DNA of 64,000 bases, from contig CAZWDN010000002.1 in assembly GCA_964633125.1 (NCBI GenBank), positions 2,104 through 66,103 of the forward strand, in the 5' to 3' direction. Below the pieces are notes generated by a model that did no database searches, had not been told where the DNA came from, and saw nothing but the letters and a program-made list of their open reading frames with translations. The stretch comes from an uncultured Pirellula sp. (GTDB lineage Bacteria > Planctomycetota > Planctomycetia > Pirellulales > PNKZ01). Positions within the stretch are counted from its first letter, which is position 1. Each line of letters opens with the position of its first letter. The translations under genes were made by a program, and so were the position numbers. Shown here one piece after another: positions 1 through 9,208 of this stretch.

Positions 1-1
1 G

Positions 2-1600
2 TCGGATTTCGCCGAGCGGATCATTGACGCCGGGTTCCGCTCTTTGCCAGGTCGGAATGCGCTCGATCTCGGGGCGCTGAAGCTGCGCTATGCCGCGGTC
101 AAGTGGCTTCGGCCGATCGCGTATTTCGAGTCACTAGAGGTCCGTAAGATTCCGGCTGCCGTCGACCTGTTTTTGGAGGATCGCCGCGACGGCGAATATG
201 CAGCCCTGTGGCGAGCGATGGCCGAGCGCTTCGGATTTCGGCTCCGGACTCGCGTCGCTCCGAGCCCACGGCAGTCGACGCCTGCCGAGGGCGGCCGCCT
301 GAAATTAATCGCTCGAAGACTTGTCGGCCGCGCATTGGCGAGCTACGTGAGGATGCGCGTCGCAACACGCGGCCCATCGCGACGCGGCCCGCATGTAGTG
401 CTTTGCGGCAATCCGCGAATTCTCAATCCGGTCTGCGACGCGCTATTGGAACAAGGCGCTCGCGTGTCATGGCTTGTAGATCGCTTTCCGATTCGGCATG
501 GCTGGGCTCGCCGCAATGATTCGATTGGTTGGATCGTGTGTGATCGTATGGAGTCGCGGCAGTTTCCGACGTCGATCGCTTTGCCGCCGCTATGCCACGG
601 CGGCGTCGACTTAAGCAGGGTTGTCGAGTCCTGGCTTGCCGCTCAGGAGGAAACGCAGACCGCCGAAGTGGCTCGGTGCGCATCGGGGATGCGCGCCCAA
701 CTGCGACGCGACCCGCCGTCGCACGTCATCGTTGATGAGGATGCCACGCCGCTGAAGCGTTTGGTCATTCGTGAATCTCGTAGTCTTGGCGCGTCATCGC
801 AAGTCGTGCAGCATGGAGTATGCGGAATCCGCTTCGGTTTCACGCCGCTGCTTGCCGACCGCATCTTGGCGTGGGACGACGGCTCGCGACGGCAACTCGA
901 GTCTTGGGGAGTCGGTTCCGAGCAAATTTCCGTCGTCGGCCCGATTGCACGAGAGTCGTTCACGAGCGAAGTGCTGCGACATCGCGCAGAACGCGCGTCC
1001 GACGACTCGCGACGCGTGTTGCTGCTGCTGACGACGCCGCCTCGCGACGATCGGCCGGACGCCGTGGAGTTCCACTTCACGTCCGCATCCCACGCCGCGA
1101 TGCTGAGGTTCGTAGCGAAAGAGGTCGCACGCCTGGAAGGCGTCGAGTTCATCGTCAAGCGACATCCTCGATCCTCAGCGGATGCGGCGCTCGAAACGGC
1201 GCTGCGGTCCGAGCCGTCGCTCTCCGCGAAGATCGTATCGCACGGTTCGCTCGCCCAGTGGATCGGCGCGTCCGATTGCGTTCTGAGCTGCGGCTCAAGT
1301 GCGGGCCTTGAAGCTGCGTCGGCCGGTGCCCCGGTCGTACAGGTTCTTCCCCCCGGCTCCGGCAACATCGTGCCGGCCGCATGGTACGGCATGTTGGGAA
1401 CCGCGCGCACGGGGAGGGAACTACGATCGTTGCTTGCTACGGCGTTGTCGCGAGGGTTTTGCGCGGAGGGATTTTCCAACGGTTTTCCGTCGCAATTCTC
1501 CCCTGCGCAAAGAATCGCCGCGCAAGTGCTCGCAGCAGATCGTCCGCAGAATCTGCGTCGGCGCCAGATCTTGCTCCCATCGTCCGCCGGAGCGCATTAG
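2..1600 (+). CDS. Putative GT-B-fold transferase of the glycopolymer locus (5' end outside window)
   Basis: The frame is open from the window edge, with no stop between nt 2 and the TTG at 44, so the gene is 5'-partial. The C-terminal half has a GT-B/Rossmann-like pattern (RRVLLLLTTPPRDD ... FIVKRHPRSS ... ASDCVLSCGSSAGLEAASAGAPVV) that resembles TagF/KpsS-type or other GT-B transferases. The family cannot be resolved by eye. Confidence 0.5.
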   Translation, partial: SDFAERIIDAGFRSLPGRNALDLGALKLRYAAVKWLRPIAYFESLEVRKIPAAVDLFLEDRRDGEYAALWRAMAERFGFRLRTRVAPSPRQSTPAEGGRLKLIARRLVGRALASYVRMRVATRGPSRRGPHVVLCGNPRILNPVCDALLEQGARVSWLVDRFPIRHGWARRNDSIGWIVCDRMESRQFPTSIALPPLCHGGVDLSRVVESWLAAQEETQTAEVARCASGMRAQLRRDPPSHVIVDEDATPLKRLVIRESRSLGASSQVVQHGVCGIRFGFTPLLADRILAWDDGSRRQLESWGVGSEQISVVGPIARESFTSEVLRHRAERASDDSRRVLLLLTTPPRDDRPDAVEFHFTSASHAAMLRFVAKEVARLEGVEFIVKRHPRSSADAALETALRSEPSLSAKIVSHGSLAQWIGASDCVLSCGSSAGLEAASAGAPVVQVLPPGSGNIVPAAWYGMLGTARTGRELRSLLATALSRGFCAEGFSNGFPSQFSPAQRIAAQVLAADRPQNLRRRQILLPSSAGAH

Positions 1601-1601
1601 G

Positions 1602-2558
1602 ATGACCTCGCAAGCAAAGCCAGAATTTGATTGGGGAGCGTTTGCGGCACGTTGCCTCAAGCCTGATCCGCATCGGCTCGGTACTTGGACCGCTCGTCGC
1701 TGGGGCCGTCCGCTGGCCCTGCGCGTAACGCGCGTCGTTGCTCCTTGGGGCTTCTCGGCGAACTCGGCGACGATCGCGGCTTGCCTGGTCGCTTTCTTGG
1801 CCTGCATCGCATTTTGCATGGGCGAACTATCGGGGCTGACCGTCGGTTGCATGTTGCTGCATGTTTGGTATTTGCTTGACCATGTCGACGGCCAACTCGC
1901 CCGCCTTCAGGGAACGGCATCGCTCGACGGTACGGCCCTCGATTATCTGATGCATCACGGCGTGCAGTTGTTCGTGCCGCAAGCCGTCTGCTTCGGGCTC
2001 TTTTGCAACACTGCGGCAACCGTCTGGTTGTTTGCGGGCGCGGCTTGGGGGGGCGGGGCTTTGATGCTGGGCCTGCGCCACGACGTACGCTACAAGGCCT
2101 TTATTCAACGGCTAAAACTGCTTCATGGAGAACTGCGTCTTGTGGGCGGCGGCGGCGGGCGTCCGGAACCTGCCAAGCTCCCTGGTCGCGCATGGCTGCA
2201 AGTATTCCGCTGGTGCTTGATGAAGTGTTACGAAACGCACATCGTTTTGATGTCGCTTTCCGTCATAGTTGCCGCCGCTTGGGCGATGGACGGGGCATGG
2301 GCGCCCGCCTTGTCTGCATACGTCGCGGCAATGGCACTGCCGGCACCTTGCGTCGCTCTTTATCTCGTTGCTCGAACGATTCGGCAAGGAGACGCGGAAC
2401 GCGAGTTCGCCGCCTGGTTTCGCGTGCCGGACGACTCGGCGTTGGAGCTACGCGACGGCTGGTGGTATGTCGCTCCGATCGAGGACGCGATTCAGCGGCC
2501 GCATCGGACGAACATCGGTTTGCCGGCATCTCCGGCAAGCTGCGACGGCTTGTCTTGA
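1602..2558 (+). CDS. CDP-alcohol phosphotransferase family membrane protein
   Basis: The ATG at 1602 lies 1 nt after the upstream stop; the ORF-track start at 1299 overlaps the upstream gene. The protein is multi-TM and carries the signature DHVDGQLAR-x8-G-x3-D (nt 1878-1955), but the last motif position is His instead of Asp. Confidence 0.8.
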   Translation: MTSQAKPEFDWGAFAARCLKPDPHRLGTWTARRWGRPLALRVTRVVAPWGFSANSATIAACLVAFLACIAFCMGELSGLTVGCMLLHVWYLLDHVDGQLARLQGTASLDGTALDYLMHHGVQLFVPQAVCFGLFCNTAATVWLFAGAAWGGGALMLGLRHDVRYKAFIQRLKLLHGELRLVGGGGGRPEPAKLPGRAWLQVFRWCLMKCYETHIVLMSLSVIVAAAWAMDGAWAPALSAYVAAMALPAPCVALYLVARTIRQGDAEREFAAWFRVPDDSALELRDGWWYVAPIEDAIQRPHRTNIGLPASPASCDGLS

Positions 2559-2626
2559 CCGTCGCATATCGGAAGCCGTAGATTGCCTCTCCGCAAGCTC
2601 AGGGAAGAGTCTGCGCCGGGGGGAGC

Positions 2627-4336
2627 ATGGAAGCGGTCGACGTCGATATCCTCGTGCTGAACCATAATGGTCGAGCCCTCTTGGCGGAGTGCCTGCCGTC
2701 GGTGGTGTGCGCCGCGGCAAACTCGCGATATGCCTGTCGCGTGACGCTCGTCGATAACGCCTCGACCGATGATTCTTGCGACTTCGTCGCGCGCGAGTTC
2801 ACTTCCGTCTTACTGGTATCGATGCCCAACCTCGGGCTTTGTTCGTTTAACAAAGCCGTCGCAGCGTGTACGGGGCGCGTCGTTCTTTTGCTCAATAACG
2901 ACATTCGCCTGGCTGATGACGCGATTGATCCGTTGGTCGATCCGCTCATCAGCACGGTCGTAACCGATGAACCGGTGTTTCTCACCGCCCCGCAATGCGT
3001 GTTGTTCGACGGCGTAACGCACGAGGGCTTTCAAGCCGCCGTCGGTTGGCGGTTTGGACTCGTGCAGGCGACCTCGCTGTTTCCCGGCGCCGAATCCGTC
3101 GCTGATCGTCTCGGGCCGACCGCTTCTGCCGGGGCCGCAATTGCCGTCGATCGCAGGGCCTTTCTGGAACTCGGGGGCTTCGATCCGCTTTACCTGCCCG
3201 GCCGAATTGAAGATCTGGATTTCTGCTTCCGCGGATTCCTGGCCGGATATCGCGCGCTCTACATACCGTCGGCGAGAGCCTGGCATCGAGGCGCCGCATC
3301 GTTCGGCCCGGCATTCGGACGGCAGGGGTGCCTCGGTCTAGCGACTCGCAACACGCTCCTCTTTCAATGGAAGAATCTGCAAACGTTCCGACATCGCCTC
3401 CGCGGCGTCGCATCGCTACCGCTGCGATTCGCGTGGGACGCGATTCGCAGCGTCGGACGCGTGCAAGCCGAGCGATTTCCATTCCGGCGGGCCTATCGCG
3501 AGGCGCGACGGATTTGGCGGACGCAGCCGCGCAGCCCCGCTTTTGCCCGACCGCAGGGGGCGTCGTATGACCTGCGCGAGCGAGAGTTCTTCGCTCGACA
3601 TACCGCCGCTCGACTCCGTTCGAAGCCGATCGAAAACCTCGAAGTGTGGCGCGGGGAAGAATCCCGGCGCGCGGCGCGGTATCCCGTCGCACGATGGTAT
3701 TTGCGGCCGTTGTGTGAATGGGCCGCGTTCGCCCTGCGATATACCCCCGTCGCTCCTTGGCAGATCACATGCGCCGGTTCGGTATTCGCCGTCACGGCGG
3801 CGGTAAAGATGCTCGTCGACGGTGCGGCGGGACCGGCGGCCGCCCTGTTGATACTCGTCGCCTACTTCTTCGATCGACTCGACGGTCCCCTGGCGCGATT
3901 GAAGAAGTGCACAACGCCGCTTGGCGCGTGGCTCGACGCCAATGTGGATGAAGCCGTCGATCTCGGCTTGCATGCCTGTACGGCGGCCGTGGCCTCGCGG
4001 CAGTGGAACTCGTCGTGGCCCTGGATGTTCCTTGTCGGGTTTCTGGTCGGCAAGTATTTGTTGATGTACGGACTCCATGCGCAAGGCGACGTTACGGCGC
4101 TTGATGCGCAGTCCAAGAGTCAAAACGGGCGATCCGCCGGATGGTTGCGTAGGCTTTACCACTTGCCGGCAAATTCCGACGTACGCATGCATCTCTTGAT
4201 CGTCGCGACGGCGACGGGATTGCTCGTCGAAGAATTGGCCGCGGTCGCTTGTTACTACAATTTGCGCTGGCCGTTGCGATACGTTTTGGTTGCGAAACGA
4301 ATGTCGGGCGCAGTCGCCGTGCGAGGCGCCGCATGA
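2627..4336 (+). CDS. Fusion protein: family-2 glycosyltransferase (N-terminal) + CDP-alcohol phosphotransferase (C-terminal)
   Basis: The N-terminus has GT2 motifs (VDILVLNHNGRALL, LVDNASTDDS, EDLDFCFR). The C-terminal TM domain carries a complete D-x2-DG-x2-AR-x8-G-x3-D-x3-D motif (DRLDGPLARLKKCTTPLGAWLDANVD, nt 3872-3949). It is one uninterrupted 569-codon frame. Confidence 0.8.
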   Translation: MEAVDVDILVLNHNGRALLAECLPSVVCAAANSRYACRVTLVDNASTDDSCDFVAREFTSVLLVSMPNLGLCSFNKAVAACTGRVVLLLNNDIRLADDAIDPLVDPLISTVVTDEPVFLTAPQCVLFDGVTHEGFQAAVGWRFGLVQATSLFPGAESVADRLGPTASAGAAIAVDRRAFLELGGFDPLYLPGRIEDLDFCFRGFLAGYRALYIPSARAWHRGAASFGPAFGRQGCLGLATRNTLLFQWKNLQTFRHRLRGVASLPLRFAWDAIRSVGRVQAERFPFRRAYREARRIWRTQPRSPAFARPQGASYDLREREFFARHTAARLRSKPIENLEVWRGEESRRAARYPVARWYLRPLCEWAAFALRYTPVAPWQITCAGSVFAVTAAVKMLVDGAAGPAAALLILVAYFFDRLDGPLARLKKCTTPLGAWLDANVDEAVDLGLHACTAAVASRQWNSSWPWMFLVGFLVGKYLLMYGLHAQGDVTALDAQSKSQNGRSAGWLRRLYHLPANSDVRMHLLIVATATGLLVEELAAVACYYNLRWPLRYVLVAKRMSGAVAVRGAA

Positions 4337-5160
4337 CGTCGCCGCGCATCACCGCAATCGTGCTTGTACTCAATGAGGCGGACAACCTACGGGCGTTGCT
4401 GCCGCAGCTTAGTTGGGCCGATGAGACGCTCGTGATCGACGGCGGTTCCACCGACGAATCGGTCGCAATCGCCCAATCGCTCGGCGCGCGAACGATCCGT
4501 CGGCCGTTCGATGATTTCGCATCACAACGCAATGCGGCATTGGCCGAGGCAAGAGGCGAATGGGCGCTCTATATCGACGCCGACGAGCGCCCTTCGTCGC
4601 GATTGGCGGACGAGATTCGGCTGCGCATCGGCGCCGGCGGCCGCCAAGGGTACCGCGTGCCGATTCGCAGCACGATCTTCGGTCGCAGGTTTCGCTTCTC
4701 CGGTACGCAAGACGATGCGCCGTTGCGTCTTGTCGCCCGGCGCGCGGGTTCCTGGAGCGGGGCGGTCCATGAACGGTTTAGCGCCGAGGGAGCCGTCGGT
4801 TTACTGGATTCGCACTTGGAACATTTCACGCTGCCGACAGTGCCGGCCTTTCTCGGCAAGATGCAGCGTTACACGACGTTAGCCGCCGAGGCACGCGTTC
4901 GCGACGGCAGCATTCCGCGCGCCGCCGACGCATGGCTCCGACCCTTGCTGGAGCTGTTTCGCCGGCTTATCTGGAAACATGGTTGGCTCGACGGGCCGCA
5001 AGGCTGGGCGTTTTGCGGCCTCAGCGCCCTCTCCGAATGGTCGTTGGCGAACAAGCATCGCCGACGATGGCGCGCCGCGTCGTCCACGGCCTCGACCGGC
5101 AACCTCAAAAGAGGCGAACTCCGTCCGGCGCTCGCTCTCACGGAGGGGGGCGTATCATGA
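4333..5160 (+). CDS. Family-2 glycosyltransferase
   Basis: There is an ATGA start/stop overlap with the upstream gene at 4333-4336. The N-terminus reads ITAIVLVLNEADNL...VIDGGSTDES, followed by IDADERP (DxD-like). Confidence 0.85.
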   Translation: MTSPRITAIVLVLNEADNLRALLPQLSWADETLVIDGGSTDESVAIAQSLGARTIRRPFDDFASQRNAALAEARGEWALYIDADERPSSRLADEIRLRIGAGGRQGYRVPIRSTIFGRRFRFSGTQDDAPLRLVARRAGSWSGAVHERFSAEGAVGLLDSHLEHFTLPTVPAFLGKMQRYTTLAAEARVRDGSIPRAADAWLRPLLELFRRLIWKHGWLDGPQGWAFCGLSALSEWSLANKHRRRWRAASSTASTGNLKRGELRPALALTEGGVS

Positions 5161-6617
5161 TCGGACAATCGCCGCCGCTATTGCCCGTCGCAGATGCCGG
5201 GTTATCAGCCCCTTGGGTGCGGATGCTCTCACAAGAAGGGGTGCCGACGGTGCCTCACCGCACCGATACCGCCGTCGCCGCATTTGTGCTTTATGATGCA
5301 AGGTTGACGCCATCCCCGCGACTTTGTTCGCCCGAACAGCGGGCGATCGACGTTTCGCTCTTCGAGTTCGATGTGATCGCCGTCGATGTCTCCGCGCTTG
5401 CCGCACCGAAAACGGCGCGCACGTTTTGGCAAGTGGGACGGCATCAAGTGTCCGAAATTACGGCGGCCGCCGACCATCGCGCCGTTCGTCAACGATTGAT
5501 GGCGAGACTGCGACAAGCAATTGAGGAGTTGGGAGGAGTCTGGATCGTCACATCTCCCTTTCCGTGGCCCTTTCGCACGGCGGCGAACTTCCGTTTCGAT
5601 CACGATCGTTACGTCGCGGAGGATTTTGCCGGCGTCCTCGACGCAATCCGCGGCCATGAAGAAATGACGACTCATTTCGTCTGCGCCGCCACGCACGCTG
5701 CACACCCTGAAGCCTTGGCGGCTTTGCGCGACCTTGACGTCGGTTCGCACGGCTACCACCATCACACATATCTGACTTTGGCCGAAAACCTCAACGGCAT
5801 CAGTCGCTGCGTCGACTTTCTGCACAACTGCGGAATTGAGCCCGGCGGGTTCGCGGCGCCTCTCGGACGCTACAATCCCGGCTTGGCCGCGGCGATTACT
5901 TCGCTCGGTATCTCCTACAGCTCGGAATTCGCCGCCGCGTACGATGATCTACCGTTCGCGCCTACCGGAACGGATACTCTTCAAATCCCAATCCATCCCG
6001 TTTGCCTCGGAGCGGCTTTCGACGCCGCGGAGTCTAAAGCGTTCATCGCGCGAGAGAACGTGGCGGACGCGATGGGCGATTACTTTGCCGCCGCCGTCGC
6101 CGAAAGGCATGCCGCCGGCGAGCCCGTCTTCTTCTACGGCCATCCCGACGGCCGTGTCGGTCGTTATCCGCAGGTCTTGCGGCGATTCTTCGACGCCATC
6201 GATCAGCATGGCGATATTTGGCTTACGACGCTCGGCGAGTTCGCTCGTTGGTGGCGTGCTCGCAGCACGGTGCGCTGGAGCGTGCACGGTTCGGCGGTAG
6301 CTCCGGTTCTTCGAGTCGAAGCACTTCCCAATGGTTTTCCTTGCGCAATTCAGTGGGCACGCGGCGAGTTGCGCGCGACCGCATCCCTGGAGCTAGGAGA
6401 ACATCGTCTCGAACCGCCGGCCTTGCGGTTTGAGGCTTTCGGTGAGTTGGCGCTCACACGCCCGGTGCGTAGCGAACCGTTATGCGGCCTTCGCACTCGG
6501 TTGCATCAGATGTTCGATTGGGAATATGAGACGCCCGTTGCGGAGATTGATGCACGACGTTGGCGCGGGTGGATCAAGCGCTCTATCCGCATGGTGAAGG
6601 GGCGATCGCAATGCTAG
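5157..6617 (+). CDS. Polysaccharide deacetylase (NodB-homology domain) with ~200-aa N-terminal extension
   Basis: There is an ATGA overlap at 5157-5160. NodB-like motifs are present: FRFDHDRY, VGSHGYHHH, LGRYNPG. Confidence 0.7.
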   Translation: MIGQSPPLLPVADAGLSAPWVRMLSQEGVPTVPHRTDTAVAAFVLYDARLTPSPRLCSPEQRAIDVSLFEFDVIAVDVSALAAPKTARTFWQVGRHQVSEITAAADHRAVRQRLMARLRQAIEELGGVWIVTSPFPWPFRTAANFRFDHDRYVAEDFAGVLDAIRGHEEMTTHFVCAATHAAHPEALAALRDLDVGSHGYHHHTYLTLAENLNGISRCVDFLHNCGIEPGGFAAPLGRYNPGLAAAITSLGISYSSEFAAAYDDLPFAPTGTDTLQIPIHPVCLGAAFDAAESKAFIARENVADAMGDYFAAAVAERHAAGEPVFFYGHPDGRVGRYPQVLRRFFDAIDQHGDIWLTTLGEFARWWRARSTVRWSVHGSAVAPVLRVEALPNGFPCAIQWARGELRATASLELGEHRLEPPALRFEAFGELALTRPVRSEPLCGLRTRLHQMFDWEYETPVAEIDARRWRGWIKRSIRMVKGRSQC

Positions 6618-7726
6618 ACGCCCCAATCACCTCAACGGTCCGTCACAACGTATTCACTACGTCGGAAGCCGCTGCGACTCCGCGAGCCCGACTTCGTATT
6701 CGCACTGCGGCCCGACTGGACGCGTGGTCGGCCGGAGGCGGCGGTGAAGTGCAGATGGCGGCCACGACGCGCGAACTGCACCGCTTGGGCATCGACGCCC
6801 GTCCGTGGCGTCCTTGGGACGCCGACGAACTGCAAGCCGGCGACGTGGTGCATTTCTTCGGCAGTCGCCCCGAGTTTGTCGAGCCCGCGGAAGCGTTGAA
6901 AAGGCGCGACGTCCGGGTCGTCGTTTCGACGATCGCTTGGTTCGACTGGCGCAATACGCTGCGTGAGCCGACGTCTCTGGTCCGCAGAAGCTGCGACCTC
7001 GCTCGCTATGCGATGCGGGCCGCGTTCCCGCGGCTGCCGTCGTGGCGCCGCCGCTTGTATCAAGCCGCGGATCTGTTGTTGCCGAATTCACTGTCCGAGG
7101 CGGAGCAGCTCATCCGGCTCTTTCAGATGCCGCGGGCGAAAGTTCGCATCGTTCCCAACGGCGTCGATCCACGATTTGCGGCCGCCGATGCTCGGCAATT
7201 TCAGTCATGTTACGGTCACGACCCCTTCGTGCTTTGCCCAGGTCGAATCGAACCTCGGAAAAACCAGTTGGCTCTCATTCGCGCCTTGCATGGCAAGGGG
7301 ATTCGACTGGTTCTGCTTGGCGACGTCGTGACCGGCCACGAACGCTACGCTGCCGCTTGCCGCGCCGCAGCAGACGACTTGGTGCTTTTTATCGGCGGCG
7401 TTCGTCACGACGACCCGTTGCTCGCGTCGGCGTACGCAGCTTGTCGTTGCATTGCGCTGACGAGCTGGTATGAAACGCCGAGCTTGGCGGCGCTAGAGGC
7501 GGCGCTATGCGGAACGCCGCTCGTACTTCCCTCCGGCGGCAGCGCTCGGGAGTATTTTGGTCCGCTCGCACGCTATGTGGCGCCGCATGATTTGGCGGAG
7601 ATTCACGCCGCGGTATCGGCCGCCGCCGCCGAATCGCGTTCGAGTCGCTTGGCAAATCTGGTGAGCGGGCAATTCACTTGGCAACACGTGGCCGAAGCCA
7701 CCTGGGCGGCGTATGACGCTCTTTAG
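6611..7726 (+). CDS. Glycosyltransferase, GT-B group 1 (GT4-like)
   Basis: The start overlaps the upstream stop (ATGCTAG at 6611-6617). The C-terminal half is typical of GT4: PNGVD...GRIEPRKNQ...LVLLGD...SWYETPSLAALEA...GTP. Confidence 0.85.
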   Translation: MLDAPITSTVRHNVFTTSEAAATPRARLRIRTAARLDAWSAGGGGEVQMAATTRELHRLGIDARPWRPWDADELQAGDVVHFFGSRPEFVEPAEALKRRDVRVVVSTIAWFDWRNTLREPTSLVRRSCDLARYAMRAAFPRLPSWRRRLYQAADLLLPNSLSEAEQLIRLFQMPRAKVRIVPNGVDPRFAAADARQFQSCYGHDPFVLCPGRIEPRKNQLALIRALHGKGIRLVLLGDVVTGHERYAAACRAAADDLVLFIGGVRHDDPLLASAYAACRCIALTSWYETPSLAALEAALCGTPLVLPSGGSAREYFGPLARYVAPHDLAEIHAAVSAAAAESRSSRLANLVSGQFTWQHVAEATWAAYDAL

Positions 7727-8963
7727 CAATCTCTCACAACGCTATCGCTTCGTCCGCCGAAGCCGCAGTTTGCTGATGGCGACGATTGACGCCGTCGGTT
7801 GGGCGTTGTTGCGTCTGCTTCGTCGTGATCAGCGTGACGCGGCCCCTCCCTCGCCTCAATCTGTGAAACGGATTTTGCTGATTCAGCTCGACCACTTCGG
7901 GGATGCGGTCCTCACTACATCGATCTTGCCGACGCTGCGACGTCGTTTTCCCGAAGCCGCCGTCGACGTGCTGGCGGCGCCGTGGAATTGGGAAGTGTTT
8001 GCCGCTTCGCAAATCGTAGCGCGTATTCATATTTCCCGCCGCAATCGATTTCATCGGGGCGCCTCATGGCTTTGGCCGCTGGGGTTTTTGTATTGGGCGT
8101 GGAAACTGCGCAGCACGGGATATGATTTGGCCGTCGATGTGCGGGGCGACTTTGTCAATGCCGTCTTAATGTGGGCGGCCGGCATTCCTTCTCGACTCGG
8201 TTGGGATTGCGCCGGCGGCGGTTTCTTGCTAACGCATAGCGCACCGTTTCAGCCGGGGCGCCACGAAGTGCATTCGCGGCACGCGTTGCTGACGACCATC
8301 GGAGCCCGCCCGACGTCGGGCGATGTGCCGAACGTTGTGCCGACCCCCGATGCGGAACAGTTTGTCTCGTACCTCCTGGGCGACTTTCGCAGCGGTGGGC
8401 GTCCGTTACTTGTGCTTCATGTCGGGGCGGGTACGCCGGCCAAAACTTGGCCCGCGCGACATTGGCGAGAACTTCTCGGCCGTTTGGCCCTAGAGCAAGA
8501 CGCCCGGGTGATTCTTGTCGGCTCCGCGGCCGACCGCCAAACGGCGGAAGAAATTACGCAAGGCATGTTCTGGCCCGGCGTAATGGATTGGACCGGACGA
8601 CTCAACGTCGCCCAACTCGCGGCCCTAACGCGACGCTGCTCGCTGTTCATCGGCGGCGATAGCGGACCGGCGCATTTAGCGGCCGCCGCCGGAGCGAAAG
8701 TGCTTTCGATCTTCAGCGGCACGAACTCCGCCGAACAGTGGCGGCCGTGGGGGGAGCGAGTCACCGTGATATCACAGCCGGTTGCGTGTTCGCCATGCTA
8801 TTCAAATCAATGTCGTCTGCGTGAACATCTTTGTATGCAAGAGGTGCTTCCGGCGCGCGTGGCCGAAGTGATCGACACGGCGCTCCATGGCCGATCGATG
8901 CCTGCCGCTCCGTACTTTCTCAAGTTCCCCATTCGGAGCGAGCGGCGGGGTGACCAAACATGA
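7713..8963 (+). CDS. Family-9 glycosyltransferase (heptosyltransferase-like)
   Basis: It overlaps the upstream gene by 14 nt. GT9 hallmarks are present: ILLIQLDHFGDAVLTTSILPTLRRRFPEA ... LFIGGDSGPAHLAAAAG. Confidence 0.85.
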   Translation: MTLFSNLSQRYRFVRRSRSLLMATIDAVGWALLRLLRRDQRDAAPPSPQSVKRILLIQLDHFGDAVLTTSILPTLRRRFPEAAVDVLAAPWNWEVFAASQIVARIHISRRNRFHRGASWLWPLGFLYWAWKLRSTGYDLAVDVRGDFVNAVLMWAAGIPSRLGWDCAGGGFLLTHSAPFQPGRHEVHSRHALLTTIGARPTSGDVPNVVPTPDAEQFVSYLLGDFRSGGRPLLVLHVGAGTPAKTWPARHWRELLGRLALEQDARVILVGSAADRQTAEEITQGMFWPGVMDWTGRLNVAQLAALTRRCSLFIGGDSGPAHLAAAAGAKVLSIFSGTNSAEQWRPWGERVTVISQPVACSPCYSNQCRLREHLCMQEVLPARVAEVIDTALHGRSMPAAPYFLKFPIRSERRGDQT

Positions 8964-9190
8964 TCGCTCCCATTCGGCCGACCAATTACAGAGCCTCCCC
9001 GCCGCCGCGCGGTACGAGTATGCGCAAGGCCCGGCGCTGGATTGTGCAGAGCCTGTTTTCGCGCCGCGACGATAACGGCTCGGATGAGATTCGCATCTCC
9101 TCGCGCGCGGCTTGGCTCGCCGCAGCATGGATGCTGCTGGTTTCCGGCGCGTTTGTCGTATTTACCGCGCTGGCGCGCTTCGGTACGTAG
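8960..9190 (+). CDS. Small hypothetical peptide with C-terminal TM helix, or detached N-terminus of the next gene
   Basis: An ATGA overlap with the GT9 stop (8960-8963) suggests translation initiates here. There is one hydrophobic helix (AAWLAAAWMLLVSGAFVVFTALA). The ORF is in the same reading frame as the 9209 ORF, separated only by a TAG at 9188-9190. Confidence 0.3.
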   Translation: MIAPIRPTNYRASPPPRGTSMRKARRWIVQSLFSRRDDNGSDEIRISSRAAWLAAAWMLLVSGAFVVFTALARFGT

Positions 9191-9208
9191 TGTGTACTTT
9201 GTGAAAAC

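Noticed and set aside
1299-1601. Long N-terminal extensions suggested by the ORF track at several genes: 1299, 4249, 4932, 6560, 13386, 18395, 19974, 23795, 24967, 36523, 40047, 41099, 43736, 44780 and 61215.
   Set aside because: The extensions overlap the preceding gene or the repeat element. They are basic and low-complexity, and they precede an internal ATG/GTG at which family-typical N-termini begin, often with ATGA coupling or an SD.
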